Shown: positions 27,401 through 37,864 of the stretch, piece by piece
How positions within the stretch are numbered: position 1 is the stretch's first letter
Layout of the letters: each line of letters opens with the position of its first letter
NCBI GenBank assembly: GCA_002269645.1
Contig: NIVC01001355.1
Location: forward strand, 143,882 to 207,881
Reading direction: 5' to 3'
Source: Macrostomum lignano
Lineage: Eukaryota
Length of the DNA stretch: 64,000 nucleotides
Position numbers and translations under genes: made by a program
Notes under the pieces: generated by a model
Database searches by the model: none
What the model saw: only the letters and a program-made list of their open reading frames with translations
Told to the model about the DNA's origin: nothing

Positions 27401-30400
27401 GACCTGCTGACCGAGGAGGCCATCTACGGCCAGCTGAGGCGCATCGTCAAGGACGCCGGCGAGTGCGCCGCGGAGTCGGCGAACCGGCCGCCTCCCAGGC
27501 TCGGCGTGCTCACCTCGATGCAGCGGGACCTGTGGGCCAGGGCCAGGGAGCACCTTGCACAAAGTGAGCAATACTGATTCTCGATCTAACGAATTGGCCT
27601 AAATTTACATGCCACTTTCTACCCGAGGGAGCGCTGAGAAACCAGAATTTAATGGATGCAAGGTGTTTTCCATGACAGATTGAAACAAATTGTCAAGCGC
27701 CTCATTTCTAAACAGAATCCCAGTATCCTTGAACTGGTGATTGAAGACGCTGTCGTCTTCAAAGGTGAGACGATGGCTATTGTGCTCTTGTCTTCTATGG
27801 CCCAAATTAAGAACTAACTAAGAAGCTATATTTAGTTATACCTCCCTAACTCGCAACCCCGCCTCCCCTCGACTTTGTTGTTGGGTAGGGGTTTCAAATG
27901 TGGGGGCTAGCCACCCCCACACCCCCCACTCCGCCCACCCCCTCCCCTCTACTGTGTTGGATAGGGGTTGTCAAATGTGCCCACCCCCGATCCGCCCACC
28001 CCCTCCCCTCTACTGGGTTGGATAGGGGTTATCAAATGTGCACACACCCCCCGATCCGCCCACCCCCTCCCCTCTACTGTGTTGGATAGGGGTTATCAAA
28101 TGTGCCCACACCCCCCGATCTGCCAAACCCCTCCCCTCTACTGTGTTGGGTAGGGGTTATCAAATGTGGGGGCTAGACGCTCCCACACCCCGCTCCGCCT
28201 CCACCCAACCCACTCACCCCCGCCTCAACTTGGCCCACCTGTATACACATCTTCGTAGTATGTTGAGCATCGAGGCGACCCGACGCACATACTTGCCGAT
28301 ATGTATCGAAAAAATACATAGGAAAGGTATTTTTTTATTTCACTAACGATAATCTCTAACGCACTTTGAGATTCAGTGCACTCTTGAAAAATCAAAAAAA
28401 AGAATTTCATATTTAAAAAAACTACGTCCACTTAGGATTCGAACCCTCGAACACGCAATTGCAAGGCAACTGACTTTTCCACTAAGCCACCACTAGCTTA
28501 CAAACAAATCCTACACTAGACGCATTTTATATCGATGATTGCCAATAGCCCTGGTTGTAGGACGATGTCGCTGAGGGTGCTCAAAGCTCTAGTGCGGTAA
28601 TCGCTTCATACAAGAGAAGCTTCTAAAATCCCACATACAAGCACACAGAAACATATACAAAAGAAAAATATATTGCTTCTACTACACTCCGAAATGCAGT
28701 ATTAGTTAAACTGGTGTTGAGACAAGTGTTCTCAATTAACCGCATGAAATTTTCTACTCACGCAACGCTAAGTAAATTAAAATCCTCAACCGACGCCTTG
28801 AAATATTTAGTCAGCTAATTAATAATTAATGAGCTTCGTGTCTGTGCTGTGTGGTAATCGTGAACTGGTGGAACGGTTTGGCGGGTTTGCCAAGAGCTAT
28901 GAGTTCCAACGTAGCTTGTAAAACTTAAACCACAGCTACCTGCCAGGTTGGTAGAGAGGAGAAACTCTTTTTTGGTTTAAACAGATGTCTCATTGTTGTA
29001 CAAAAAAGTTCTGAGTTTTTTGAGGGACTTGCACGTTCTGCTAACACTGCAAACTAGTCACTCAGCTACGAAACTGTAAATGGGAGGGCAAAGGATGACT
29101 ATTGATGACGAAATTTTGTTATCCGCATCGTTGCCACGCACAGACGAAACCAATCGAGCCAATCTGGACTTGATCGAGCGCAGCTGTTTCATCGTCTGCC
29201 TTGACAAGGACTCGAACCAGCAGGAGCAGCAGGCAGAGGCGGCGGCGGTGGGGGATGCGGTGTCGAACGACGTGCGAAGGTCGCTGCAGCTGCTTCACGG
29301 CATGGGCAGTCGGCACAACGGGGCCAACAGGTGGTACGACAAAACGATGCAGGTAAGAAGCATGACAAGGATGGCTGGTCATTAGGGATATTCGTCTCTG
29401 TCATTAGTTGGTCATTAGGGATGTTCGTCTCCGTCATTGGTTGGTCATTAGGATGGTTGGTCATTAAGATTGGTTGGTCATTAGGATGGTTGGTCATTAG
29501 GATGGTTGGTCATTAGGATTGGTTGGTCATTAGGATTGGTTGGTCATTAGGATCGGTTGGTCATTAGAATGGTTGGTCATTAGGATTGGTTGGTCATTAG
29601 GATTGGTTGGTCTTTAGGATCGGTTGGTCATTAGGATTGTTGGTCATTAGGATGGATGGTCATTAGGATTGGTTGGTCATTAGGATTGTTGGTCATTAGG
29701 ATCGGTTGGTCATTAGAATGGTTGGTCATTAGGATGGTTGGTCATTAGGATGGTTGGTCATTAGGATGGTTGGTCATTAGAATGGTTGGTCATTAGGATG
29801 GTTGGTCATTAGGGTTGCTCGTCTCTGTCATTACTTAGTCATTAGGATGGTTGGTCATTAGGATGGTTGGTCATTAGGATGGTTGGTCATTAGGATGGTT
29901 GGTCATTAGGATGGTTGGTCATTAGGATGGTTGGTCATTAGGATTGGTTGGTCATTAGGATGGTTGGTCATTAGGATGGTTGGTCATTAGGATTGGTTGG
30001 TCATTAGGATGTTCGGTCGTTAGGATGGTTGGTCATTAGGATGGTTGTTCATTAGAATTGGCTGGTCATTAGGATTGTTGGTCATTAGGATTGGTTGGTC
30101 ATTAGGATGGTTGGTCATTGGGATGGTTGGTCATTAGGATTGGTTGGCCATTAGGATCGGTTGGTCATTAGGATGGTTGGTCATTAGGATGGTTGGTCAT
30201 TAGGATGGTTGGTCATTAGAATTGGCTGGTCATTAGGATTGGTTGGTCATTAGGATGTTCGGTCATTAGGATGGTTGGTCATTAGGATGGTTGGTCATTC
30301 GGATTGGTTGGTCATTAGGATGTTCGGTCGTTAGGATGGTTGGTCATTAGGATGGTTGTTCATTAGAATTGGCTGGTCATTAGGATTGTTGGTCATTAGG

Positions 30401-33400
30401 ATTGGTTGGTCATTAGGATGGTTGGTCATTAGGATTGGTTGGTCATTAGGATGGTTGGTCATTAGGATGGTTGGTCATTAGGATTGGTTGGTCATTAGGA
30501 TTGGTTGGTCATTAGGATCGGTTGGTCATTAGAATGGTTGGTCATTAGGATTGGTTGGTCATTAGGATTGGTTGGTCTTTAGGATCGGTTGGTCATTAGG
30601 ATTGTTGGTCATTAGGATCGGTTGGTCATTAGAATGGTTGGTCATTAGGATGGTTGGTCATTAGGATGGTTGGTCATTAGGATGGTTGGTCATTAGAATG
30701 GTTGGTCATTAGGATGGTTGGTCATTAGGGTTGCTCGTCTCTGTCATTACTTAGTCATTAGGATGGTTGGTCATTAGGATGGTTGGTCATTAGGATGGTT
30801 GGTCATTAGGATTGGTTGGTCATTAGGATGGTTGGTCATTAGGATGGTTGGTCATTAGGATGGTTGGTCATTAGGATTGGTTGGTCATTAGGATGGTTGG
30901 TCATTAGGATGGTTGGTCATTAGGATTGGTTGGTCATTAGGATGTTCGGTCGTTAGGATGGTTGGTCATTAGGATGGTTGTTCATTAGAATTGGCTGGTC
31001 ATTAGGATTGTTGGTCATTAGGATTGGTTGGTCATTAGGATGGTTGGTCATTGGGATGGTTGGTCATTAGGATTGGTTGGCCATTAGGATCGGTTGGTCA
31101 TTAGGATGGTTGGTCATTAGGATTGTTGGTCATTAGGATCGGTTGGTCATTAGGATGGTTGGTCATTAGGATGGTTGGTCATTAGGATGGTTGGTCATTA
31201 GGATGGTTGGTCATTAGGATGGTTGGTCATTAGGATTGGTTGGTCATTAGGATTGTTGGTCATTAGGATCGGTTGGTCATTAGAATGGTTGGTCATTAGG
31301 ATTGGTTGGTCATTAGGATGGTTGGTCATTAGGATGGTTGGTCATTTGGATTGGTTGGTCATTTGGATTGGTTGGTCATTAGGATGGTTGGTCATTAGGA
31401 TTGGTTGGTCATTAGGATGGTTGGTCATTAGGATGGTTGGTCATTAGGATTGGTTGGTCATTAGGATGGTTGGTCATTAGGATGGTTGGTCATTAGGATG
31501 GTTGGTCATTAGGATTGGTTGGTCATTAGGATGGTTGGTCATTAGGATGGTTGGTCATTAGGATGGTTGGTCATTAGGATGGTTGGTCATTAGGATGGTT
31601 GGTCATTAGGATGGTCGGTCATTAGGATGCTTTGCTAGTCATTAGGATATGGTGGCATGGTGTGGAAAGACGGTTGTTGAAAGGACATTGATAATTAGAT
31701 TGTTAGCTTAGATTTGACTTGTAGATCCACTAATAAAAAGTTGGGCTACACACGCAGTTAAAAGGCCTGCATCACCAACATTTATAGCTAGCTTATTTTT
31801 TCTAGAAGTTCCTGAGGCCAATAGATAGAGATTCAGTTGAAAATAAGTATCATTGTCGGATTACCGCAGATATCTCCCCTTCTTGAGCCGTACCTTTCCT
31901 TCATGCTACAATTACAGGTGAGCCTCGCCGGTTGTTTAGCCGACTCTGCATTCTGCAATTAGTAAACCTGCTCAGGAGCCACCCCTGTAGGCCTGAATTT
32001 CACCGGAGCACGCGATGCGGGCTAATAGACTACTGTCTCTCTTGTGCTCCGTCTTTTCAAGTTTCTTTTGCCGCACGAACTGTGGCTAACCCCCCCCCCC
32101 CCAACCTAAGTGAGCTCGACTTTAACTCACTTCACCCAGTGCTACTGCCCGCTGTCTGCTTCTCTGTCAGACAATTTCTCTTCTATTCCGTGAGCAGTCA
32201 CAATTGGAACCTCATTTGGACAAAACAGTCAGTCTGACTTTTCAGAGGAAGTTATTTTTAAATTTGAGCTGAGCTGTAATGCACGCCATCCTTGAGAAGT
32301 TGAGGATGTCTGATTTACTTTTGAACTGCCTCAGTTCAATTTGAGACTGAAGGAACCTGCTGGGACGCTACAATGACACCTCTGACGTGTTTCGCTTGTC
32401 GGGGGATTTGACAAGGACTTAGAAGTTCACATACGGGCATCTTTACAACTGAGATATTGCAGTAGTTTCTGGTGCAGGTGTACTCCAGCTGTGGGAGTGG
32501 GTTTCTTAATTTCGACTCAATTCCTCCTCGCGAGGGTTTTTGACTATCGCTATCGCTATCGCTAGCACCCAGAGCCGCTGGCAAAACTATAGTAAACTTC
32601 TCCGCAGTTCGTGATATCGGCCGATGGTAACTCGGGTCTCAACTATGAGCACTCGGTCAGCGAGGGCATCGCTGTGATTAAACTGATTGAGCACATCTTA
32701 GCTTACATGTGAGCAAATTATTTTGGAATTTTTTAAAGTTAATATTCATAAATTTAGAAACCAAATTGCAGTATTAGTTTGTGTATGAATTACGAAAAAT
32801 CAATTTAGCGTTTCCAGTTTTCTTCCAGCACCCTGAAACAAACAGTTGGTCACCCCTGCAACACCACTTTTAGGGAGGAAATGAAAGCGAAACGCATGCG
32901 CCGTTTTCCCTCAATTTGCGAACTGCCGCATCCCCAGAAGTTGGAGTGGCACGTAGACGAGGAGACTGAGGCTTTCATTGAGCAGGCACTGCTCGAGATT
33001 GACAGGTAAAGTAATCTTGGGACCTGACAGTTGGATGTCATCTACACACAACAGGCTTCAACTGCTTTACTTGTAGTAAACCAATTGCATTTGGTTCTAT
33101 AATTAAATACCTGCGAACACTGCAGGCTGGCAGACAACCTGGACCTGTACATTTTGCGCTTCGAAAAGTTCGGACGCGAGTACCCTAAGAAGGCCAACAT
33201 GAGTCCGGACTCCTTTGTCCAACTGGCTCTACAACTGGCCCATTACAAGTGAGAGACATTCATTTACGTTCGTAACATAGAAAAAGTAAAAAATCTAAAA
33301 AAGCAGGCACATGAAATATTTATGACATGAGAATCGACCAAAACTCCTACAGAGTGCACAAGTACCTGGTGCCGACGTACGAAAGCGCATCGATTCGTCG

Positions 33401-34988
33401 CTTCCATCTGGGTCGCGTTGACGTGATCCACTCGGCTTCGATGGCCGCCCTGCACTGGGTCCGAGCGATGGAGGGTGACTCCGAGGCTACGGTGAGTTGC
33501 TAGCTGTCTCCACGCCTACATTGATTTAAGGATGTTTACTTAAAATATGAATTTTAAGCGCATCTCGATTCTCTTTAGTTAAGGATGGAAAAAGAGTTAG
33601 GTCTAATTGACACTGTGTGTAGGAGGGGAGTTTTATCCCTAAAACAGGATTTATTGCTCCATTGCTGTTACATGTTGAGCAACAGCCTAGTCTTCAGCAA
33701 TGTGACAAATTTTGGCATGGTTTTCTCAAGGACCACTGTATATTAACTATACAGTTATATGCAGTGGTTCTTGGGTTTGTGCGTGCGTGTTTAGCATAAA
33801 ACGAACTAATAAAGACACATGGTCTACAATCTTGTAAATCGATCATTTAAGGTGTAGCTATAGGTACCTGTACGAGACAGGAGTCAGGACAAGAAAGATG
33901 CGGTTTTTTACTTTTTTCAAGGTTTAGTCGAGATGCACAGTTGAGACCCCCTAAGAACTCTCAATATCGTTTAAAGCTATTTTCAATCGACACTTTTATG
34001 GGAATTCCAAAATTTCTTACAGGTTGAAAGCTGAATTTCTGCAGCTTTGAAGCAACTCTTCCTTAAATATACAAAAAACCTAAGCGCGCTCTCATTCCCA
34101 CTGCAGACGGAGCAGAAACTGCGACTGCTACGCGAAGCAATCGAAAGTCAGACTGAGCACATGCTGAAGACCATCCTGGGCCACGGAGTGGACAATCACA
34201 TGCTGGGCTTGCGCATCACGGCCGAGACGGTGCTAGGCCAACTGCCTGACCTGTTCACCGACCCAGTTTATGTGGAGTGCAACCAGTTCAGGCTGTCAAC
34301 GAGTCAAGTGAGTTTATTCAAATGTACAAGCTTATAGGCCGGCTCCTGTCATTACGGACTTCATCAGACACTTCGTAAGGCGAAATTTCCTTGCCCGCTA
34401 TGCAAGGAATTCGCGCTACACTCTTAACTTCCTACTTGTTAGTAGACTAACTCTGACAAGCATTTTTAGTAGTGAGGACCGTATTATACTGTGAATAGAA
34501 CCGTCTATTTTGTGCATCAATACATTTACATCAGAGACAACCTGATGGCTTTCTTTGTTAGTGATGCACATGCTACGTACTGCTTTTCTCGACTTGTGGG
34601 ATAATTTGGAATTGTCTCAGCGTGCATGGCTGAGCCGGTTGTATTTCTTGCTAACCACGCGTACATTATGACTGCTAAGGTTTCGACAACCACGGACGCG
34701 CTAATCTGCTACGGCGCGGTGGTGCCAAACGGATACGGAGCGGCCTACAACCTGCACACCGACAGCATCGCTGTCTGCGTCTCCTGCTGGCGCGACTGCC
34801 CCAACAAGGACGTGTCAGCGAGACGCTACGCGGAGGCTCTGGCGGCTAGCTTGGAGGACATGCACGCCATGATTGAGGCCAATCTGGACTTGGCCAGAGC
34901 CAATTCTGTAGCCACGGATGTGAAAATACCGGAGGAATCGCCGGACTTGGGAGCTGCCTGCAGCGTGAACGGCGAGGCTCTGGGATAG
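15417..34988 (+). CDS. ChAT: choline O-acetyltransferase, 13 coding exons, ~679 aa
   Basis: Exons 15417-15497, 16435-16629, 17374-17492, 22480-22533, 23498-23678, 27368-27563, 29144-29352, 32608-32708, 32874-33005, 33126-33248, 33353-33491, 34107-34307, 34680-34988. All junctions are GT-AG with compatible phases. Motifs [21 protein letters not shown], catalytic EHS, YESAS, GVDNH (ChAT-type Asn), [14 protein letters not shown]. Confidence 0.95.
15590..16250. repeat. 17-bp tandem minisatellite (CATTTATCCTACCTGTA)n in ChAT intron 1
   Basis: About 35 variably diverged copies. Confidence 0.93.
16435..16629 (+). CDS. ChAT: ChAT coding exon 2 ([11 protein letters not shown]...KENW)
   Basis: gcAG acceptor, GTAAAA donor, LPKLPVP motif. 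Confidence 0.95.
16875..17320. repeat. AG-rich low-complexity tract with hAT-like end fragments
   Basis: CAGGGGTCTCAA at ~16875 and GGGTCGGCAGACTTTT at ~17136, each followed by purine tracts. Confidence 0.5.
17374..17492 (+). CDS. ChAT: ChAT coding exon 3 ([11 protein letters not shown]...EQL)
   Basis: WLDDMYL and LPVNSNP motifs; splice sites in phase. Confidence 0.93.
19025..19730 (+). mobile_element. internally deleted Tc1/IS630-like DNA transposon in ChAT intron 3
   Basis: About 85-bp inverted repeats (19031-19117 vs 19607-19695) around an HTH-type transposase N-terminus [30 protein letters not shown]...STMSRAL with a stop and a frameshift. Confidence 0.8.
20655..21985. repeat. 12-bp tandem minisatellite (GTGTCTGTCTTA)n
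   Basis: About 110 copies grading into (CTGT)n. Confidence 0.97.
22480..22533 (+). CDS. ChAT: ChAT coding exon 4 ([18 protein letters not shown])
   Basis: tttcAG acceptor, GTAAGG donor, matches the RFAA..I..YK segment of ChAT. Confidence 0.9.
22668..23470. repeat. compound 13/16-bp tandem repeat (TCTTCAGTCACTCCCR / CCTCAGTCACTCC)
   Basis: Array ends ~25 nt before the exon 5 acceptor. Confidence 0.95.
23498..23678 (+). CDS. ChAT: ChAT coding exon 5 (RKLPVE...[10 protein letters not shown]...VIVACNDQ)
   Basis: GQPLCM motif; phases 2/0. Confidence 0.95.
24064..25110 (+). mobile_element. 5'-truncated I-group LINE fragment (RNase H + C-terminal zinc knuckle), decayed
   Basis: [65 protein letters not shown]; short (CA)n tail at 25102-25110. 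Confidence 0.88.
25994..26560 (+). mobile_element. Ty3/Gypsy (Mag-like) LTR retrotransposon relic: LTR end, primer-binding site, gag pseudogene
   Basis: [35 protein letters not shown] gag motif; stop at 26149 and a +1 frameshift at ~26215; TGGCGTCGCGAGCAG at 26033 resembles a tRNA-Ser PBS. Confidence 0.8.
27368..27563 (+). CDS. ChAT: ChAT coding exon 6 (FYVLD...[16 protein letters not shown])
   Basis: Homology to ChAT FFVLD...GLLTS..R..WA.AR; splice sites in phase. Confidence 0.93.
27850..28230. repeat. ~61-bp tandem repeat (CCGCCCACCCCCTCCCCTCTACTGTGTTGGATAGGGGTTATCAAATGTG...)
   Basis: About 5-6 copies. Confidence 0.9.
28431..28497 (-). mobile_element. tRNA-derived SINE head
   Basis: Minus strand A box TGGCTTAGTGG and B box GGTTCGAATCC; no complete cloverleaf. 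Confidence 0.65.
29144..29352 (+). CDS. ChAT: ChAT coding exon 7 ([13 protein letters not shown]...NRWYDKTMQ)
   Basis: LQLLHG and ANRWYDK motifs. Confidence 0.95.
29375..31630. repeat. 16/17-bp tandem minisatellite (GGATGGTTGGTCATTA)n, 2.2 kb
   Basis: About 135 copies with higher-order duplicated variant blocks. Confidence 0.98.
32608..32708 (+). CDS. ChAT: ChAT coding exon 8 with catalytic His ([20 protein letters not shown])
   Basis: EHS..EG active-site motif. Confidence 0.95.
32874..33005 (+). CDS. ChAT: ChAT coding exon 9 ([10 protein letters not shown]...[10 protein letters not shown]); alternative in-frame acceptor at 32829
   Basis: ELP.P..L.W motif; two in-frame AG acceptors 45 nt apart. 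Confidence 0.85.
33126..33248 (+). CDS. ChAT: ChAT coding exon 10 (LADNLD...[15 protein letters not shown])
   Basis: SPD.F.Q.ALQLA motif. Confidence 0.95.
33353..33491 (+). CDS. ChAT: ChAT coding exon 11 ([29 protein letters not shown])
   Basis: [15 protein letters not shown] motif. Confidence 0.95.
34107..34307 (+). CDS. ChAT: ChAT coding exon 12 (TEQKLRLL...[11 protein letters not shown]...FRLSTSQ)
   Basis: G.DNH and LSTSQ motifs. Confidence 0.95.
34680..34988 (+). CDS. ChAT: ChAT terminal coding exon 13 ([24 protein letters not shown]...*)
   Basis: YG.VVPNGYG.YN motif, TAG at 34986-34988. Confidence 0.93.
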   Translation, partial: VSTTTDALICYGAVVPNGYGAAYNLHTDSIAVCVSCWRDCPNKDVSARRYAEALAASLEDMHAMIEANLDLARANSVATDVKIPEESPDLGAACSVNGEALG

Positions 34989-35116
34989 TGTATTGTGCTG
35001 GTGTTATCTACTTTTATTCAGGCTTTAATGTATTAGTATATAATGTAATACGGAGTGTTTAACAGTCGAAAGATTATATAACATGCTCTGCAACTATACA
35101 GACAAAACAGTGTATA

Positions 35117-36002
35117 TACTCAGCAACAGTCGACCCTCCAAGCGGGATGAAAATTTTCCCACTTATTGCGACAACTTCTCAATCACAATTCAACCCTCAA
35201 GTTCGCGACTAAGCCGCCCGGGAAAGTTGATTGAATTAATAATAAACGTCAGTCGCACAAAAAATCTTTTTATGCAATTGGGATTTGGGAATTGGCAATT
35301 GGGATTGCAATTGGGATTAAAAATTGGGATTTTTATGCAATATACAGTTAGAATCACAGGGGTCGTACTATAAAGCTGTCGTAGCGTAAGTTCGATCGTA
35401 CGTCGGAACTTTTACACTGCGGAGATAGGAGCTAAGATCGATCTTATCTTACGATGGCTTTATAGAATGGGCCCACAATGCTTAATAACGCGTGTGGGAT
35501 AAACTTGCACACAGAAGTGCGGCGACTCTGCGGGGAATCTCCAGGCTGAGGCGGCGCAGAAAGACCTGCAGAAGCTTGACTTAGCTGCAGGGGGCTCCGC
35601 GCGTCCGGAAACAGCGAGGGCTCCGCGCGTCCGGAAACCATTTCGCTAACCCCTGGCGAACCTGCAGAAGCTGCTGCCAAGCGTTTTCAATGGCATGACA
35701 CAGCTCCGCAACATTCTGTGGTGGATTCTCTTTTCGAATGCTGCGTTTTAGGAAGTCCCAGACATGCTCGATGGGATTCATGTCTGGGGACCGGGAAGCG
35801 GCCAGCGCAGAGTGCAGAATTGTATAGTTTTTTTTCAGTTGACTAACACCATCGGCTCGGTGTGGCGGCGCGTTGTCATCATAGACAAACCCCAAGTGGG
35901 AATAAACTTCGCGCGCGCCGTAAGTTGCGTCACTCGCAAACCCAATAAGTGAGAAAACAATCATCTCGCTTGGAGGGTGGAACTTTTGACTGTTGCTGAG
36001 TA
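35117..36002 (-). mobile_element. internally deleted Tc1-like transposon just 3' of ChAT
   Basis: TIRs TACTCAGCAACAGTC...CCCTCCAAGCG at both ends, TA duplication at 35115-35116 and 36003-36004, catalytic C-terminal segment DDNAPPHRA...SPDMNPIEHVWDFLKR. Confidence 0.9.
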
Positions 36003-37864
36003 TACTTTAATTCAGAAGATTTTGTACTAAAACACCTTGTCAGTTGCAGAATTTATTTAACATTGCTAGCTGCCGAATGGAAGCTATTACTAGAGGCCGT
36101 GTGTCTTGAATTCTTGAAAGTATATTCTTTCGACAGCTAAACGATTTTCTTGTATTATCGGACACTGATACTTAATCAGCCGAAAAAGTGTGATGCGATC
36201 AATAGCGACAAACTTATGCAAGCAGAACACTTTGTAGTTAGGAAAGCAGCTTGCTGCACACTCGCAAACTGAATATGAATACATATGAATAACTCTTATC
36301 TTTCTCACCATAAACCAACCGTAACGGCTCGTTAACATCGCCATCAAAAGAAGCTGAATTTAAAGTCAGCACACGGCTTGTGCATGCGAGCATTTTCCGT
36401 ACATCTGTGGTTGTGATTTGATGGCAGTGTAAACAGCTTTTAGGGTTGTCATTTACACACACATTCGGCGCACAATTTGATTACCAAGCCAATCGGACGC
36501 CGCTGGAATTCTAGCATAGCAGACAATTTTTTGTAAAGTTTTCATCATTAACCATAGGCCAGTAATTATGCAGCAACAGTAGCAGGCTTTTTACTCGTAG
36601 TAACGTTTTAAATGTTAAATAATTCAGTGATATCGTTGTCTTTGCGCCGTCAATTTTTAGACAGAAGCGAAACGTTATTTATTGTTTGTTTGATACCGCA
36701 CGTTCAATCATGATTTGTATTGATTAGCTACTAACAATTTCAGTCGCATAGACTTACTGTTAATTTGTTAATCAGTCTATCATTTACTTGCTCAGTTTTT
36801 ACTGTGGAAATTGAAGTGCATTCTCACACTGCACACAAGCTGCACGGAATTATTATTCTTGTTCAGCATTATTTTGACCGGCTAATTGAATAATTATTTG
36901 AATGTTTCTAATAATTGATTTTTATAGCTATCGATTTTCAAACCAAAATTAAATTAATTGCTTGCTTTAGTAGCTAAGTGGTATATGTACTTTGACTGTT
37001 GTTAGCACAGACTTCACAGTGCAAGATTTGATCGAAATCTTTTTGTTAGGCTTCACCCTATAGCTATGCGCAAAAATGCAGTATTTTTCCGAGATCAGTC
37101 ACAAATATGTTGTGAAAGGTGCAGTCGAAAATATCTAATAGAAATATTAGATTTTTTTAAAATATTCAACTCACTTTCGTGATTAAAGTTCTGTTTTTTA
37201 TTTGACATTACTCGTAAAAGCTAATAAGATATGAGCGGCAAGATAGTCACATTGGAAATCAATTTCAACTCGCTTCTTAAATTGATGAAAAACCGATCGG
37301 TAAAATAGCTTAACATACGAGCGTATTATAGGAACCCAGAATTTGAGAGACCAAATTGAAAATAAGAGGTAAAGTTAAGATGCTTTCGATAAAAAACTAG
37401 GAATAGAGAAAAAAACTCGATTTTGTTGTTGCTGGTGTTGTCTTGCCTACCGGTAGTCTTGCCTAAGTTGTAATTTAATCTCGCATAATTGCAACAATGA
37501 ACAGCAGGGAACCTGGTGGCAGCGAACATCCAAAAATTCAAAGAACTGTATAATAATCCAGAGTCTAAATATTGTAGCATAAACAGTAGTAGCCTAGACC
37601 GGTCACCCGCCCCATTATTATTTAGTAACTAGCTATAGAGAACTTTAAGACAAAAATGCGGTACTGCAACGAACACATTAATTTAAACCTAACTACGAAT
37701 TTACACATATGCTAATCTTGACGTGTTTAAAATGTTACATCACATGCGCTTTAACTCTAAAAAATATTTCTGGTCAAGCATTTCAGAAGCATAGAAGTCT
37801 TTTTATTTACGAGTAGCTATTGAAAGAAAAACTATGCAGACCAAGTAAAACATCTAGGGCTGCT

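Noticed and set aside
28431-28497. Possible genuine tRNA gene (also 45620-45688 and 58968-59026)
   Set aside because: A and B boxes are present but acceptor and anticodon stems do not pair; treated as SINE heads
33725-33775. 23-bp-stem hairpin in ChAT intron 11 (miRNA-like)
   Set aside because: Short for a pre-miRNA with a 4-nt loop, and better explained as abutting Tc1/pogo-type termini (..CCACTGTA / TGCAGTGG..); small-RNA data would settle it
36090-36462. Cys-containing short minus-strand ORFs resembling a transposase fragment
   Set aside because: No motif that I can assign with confidence
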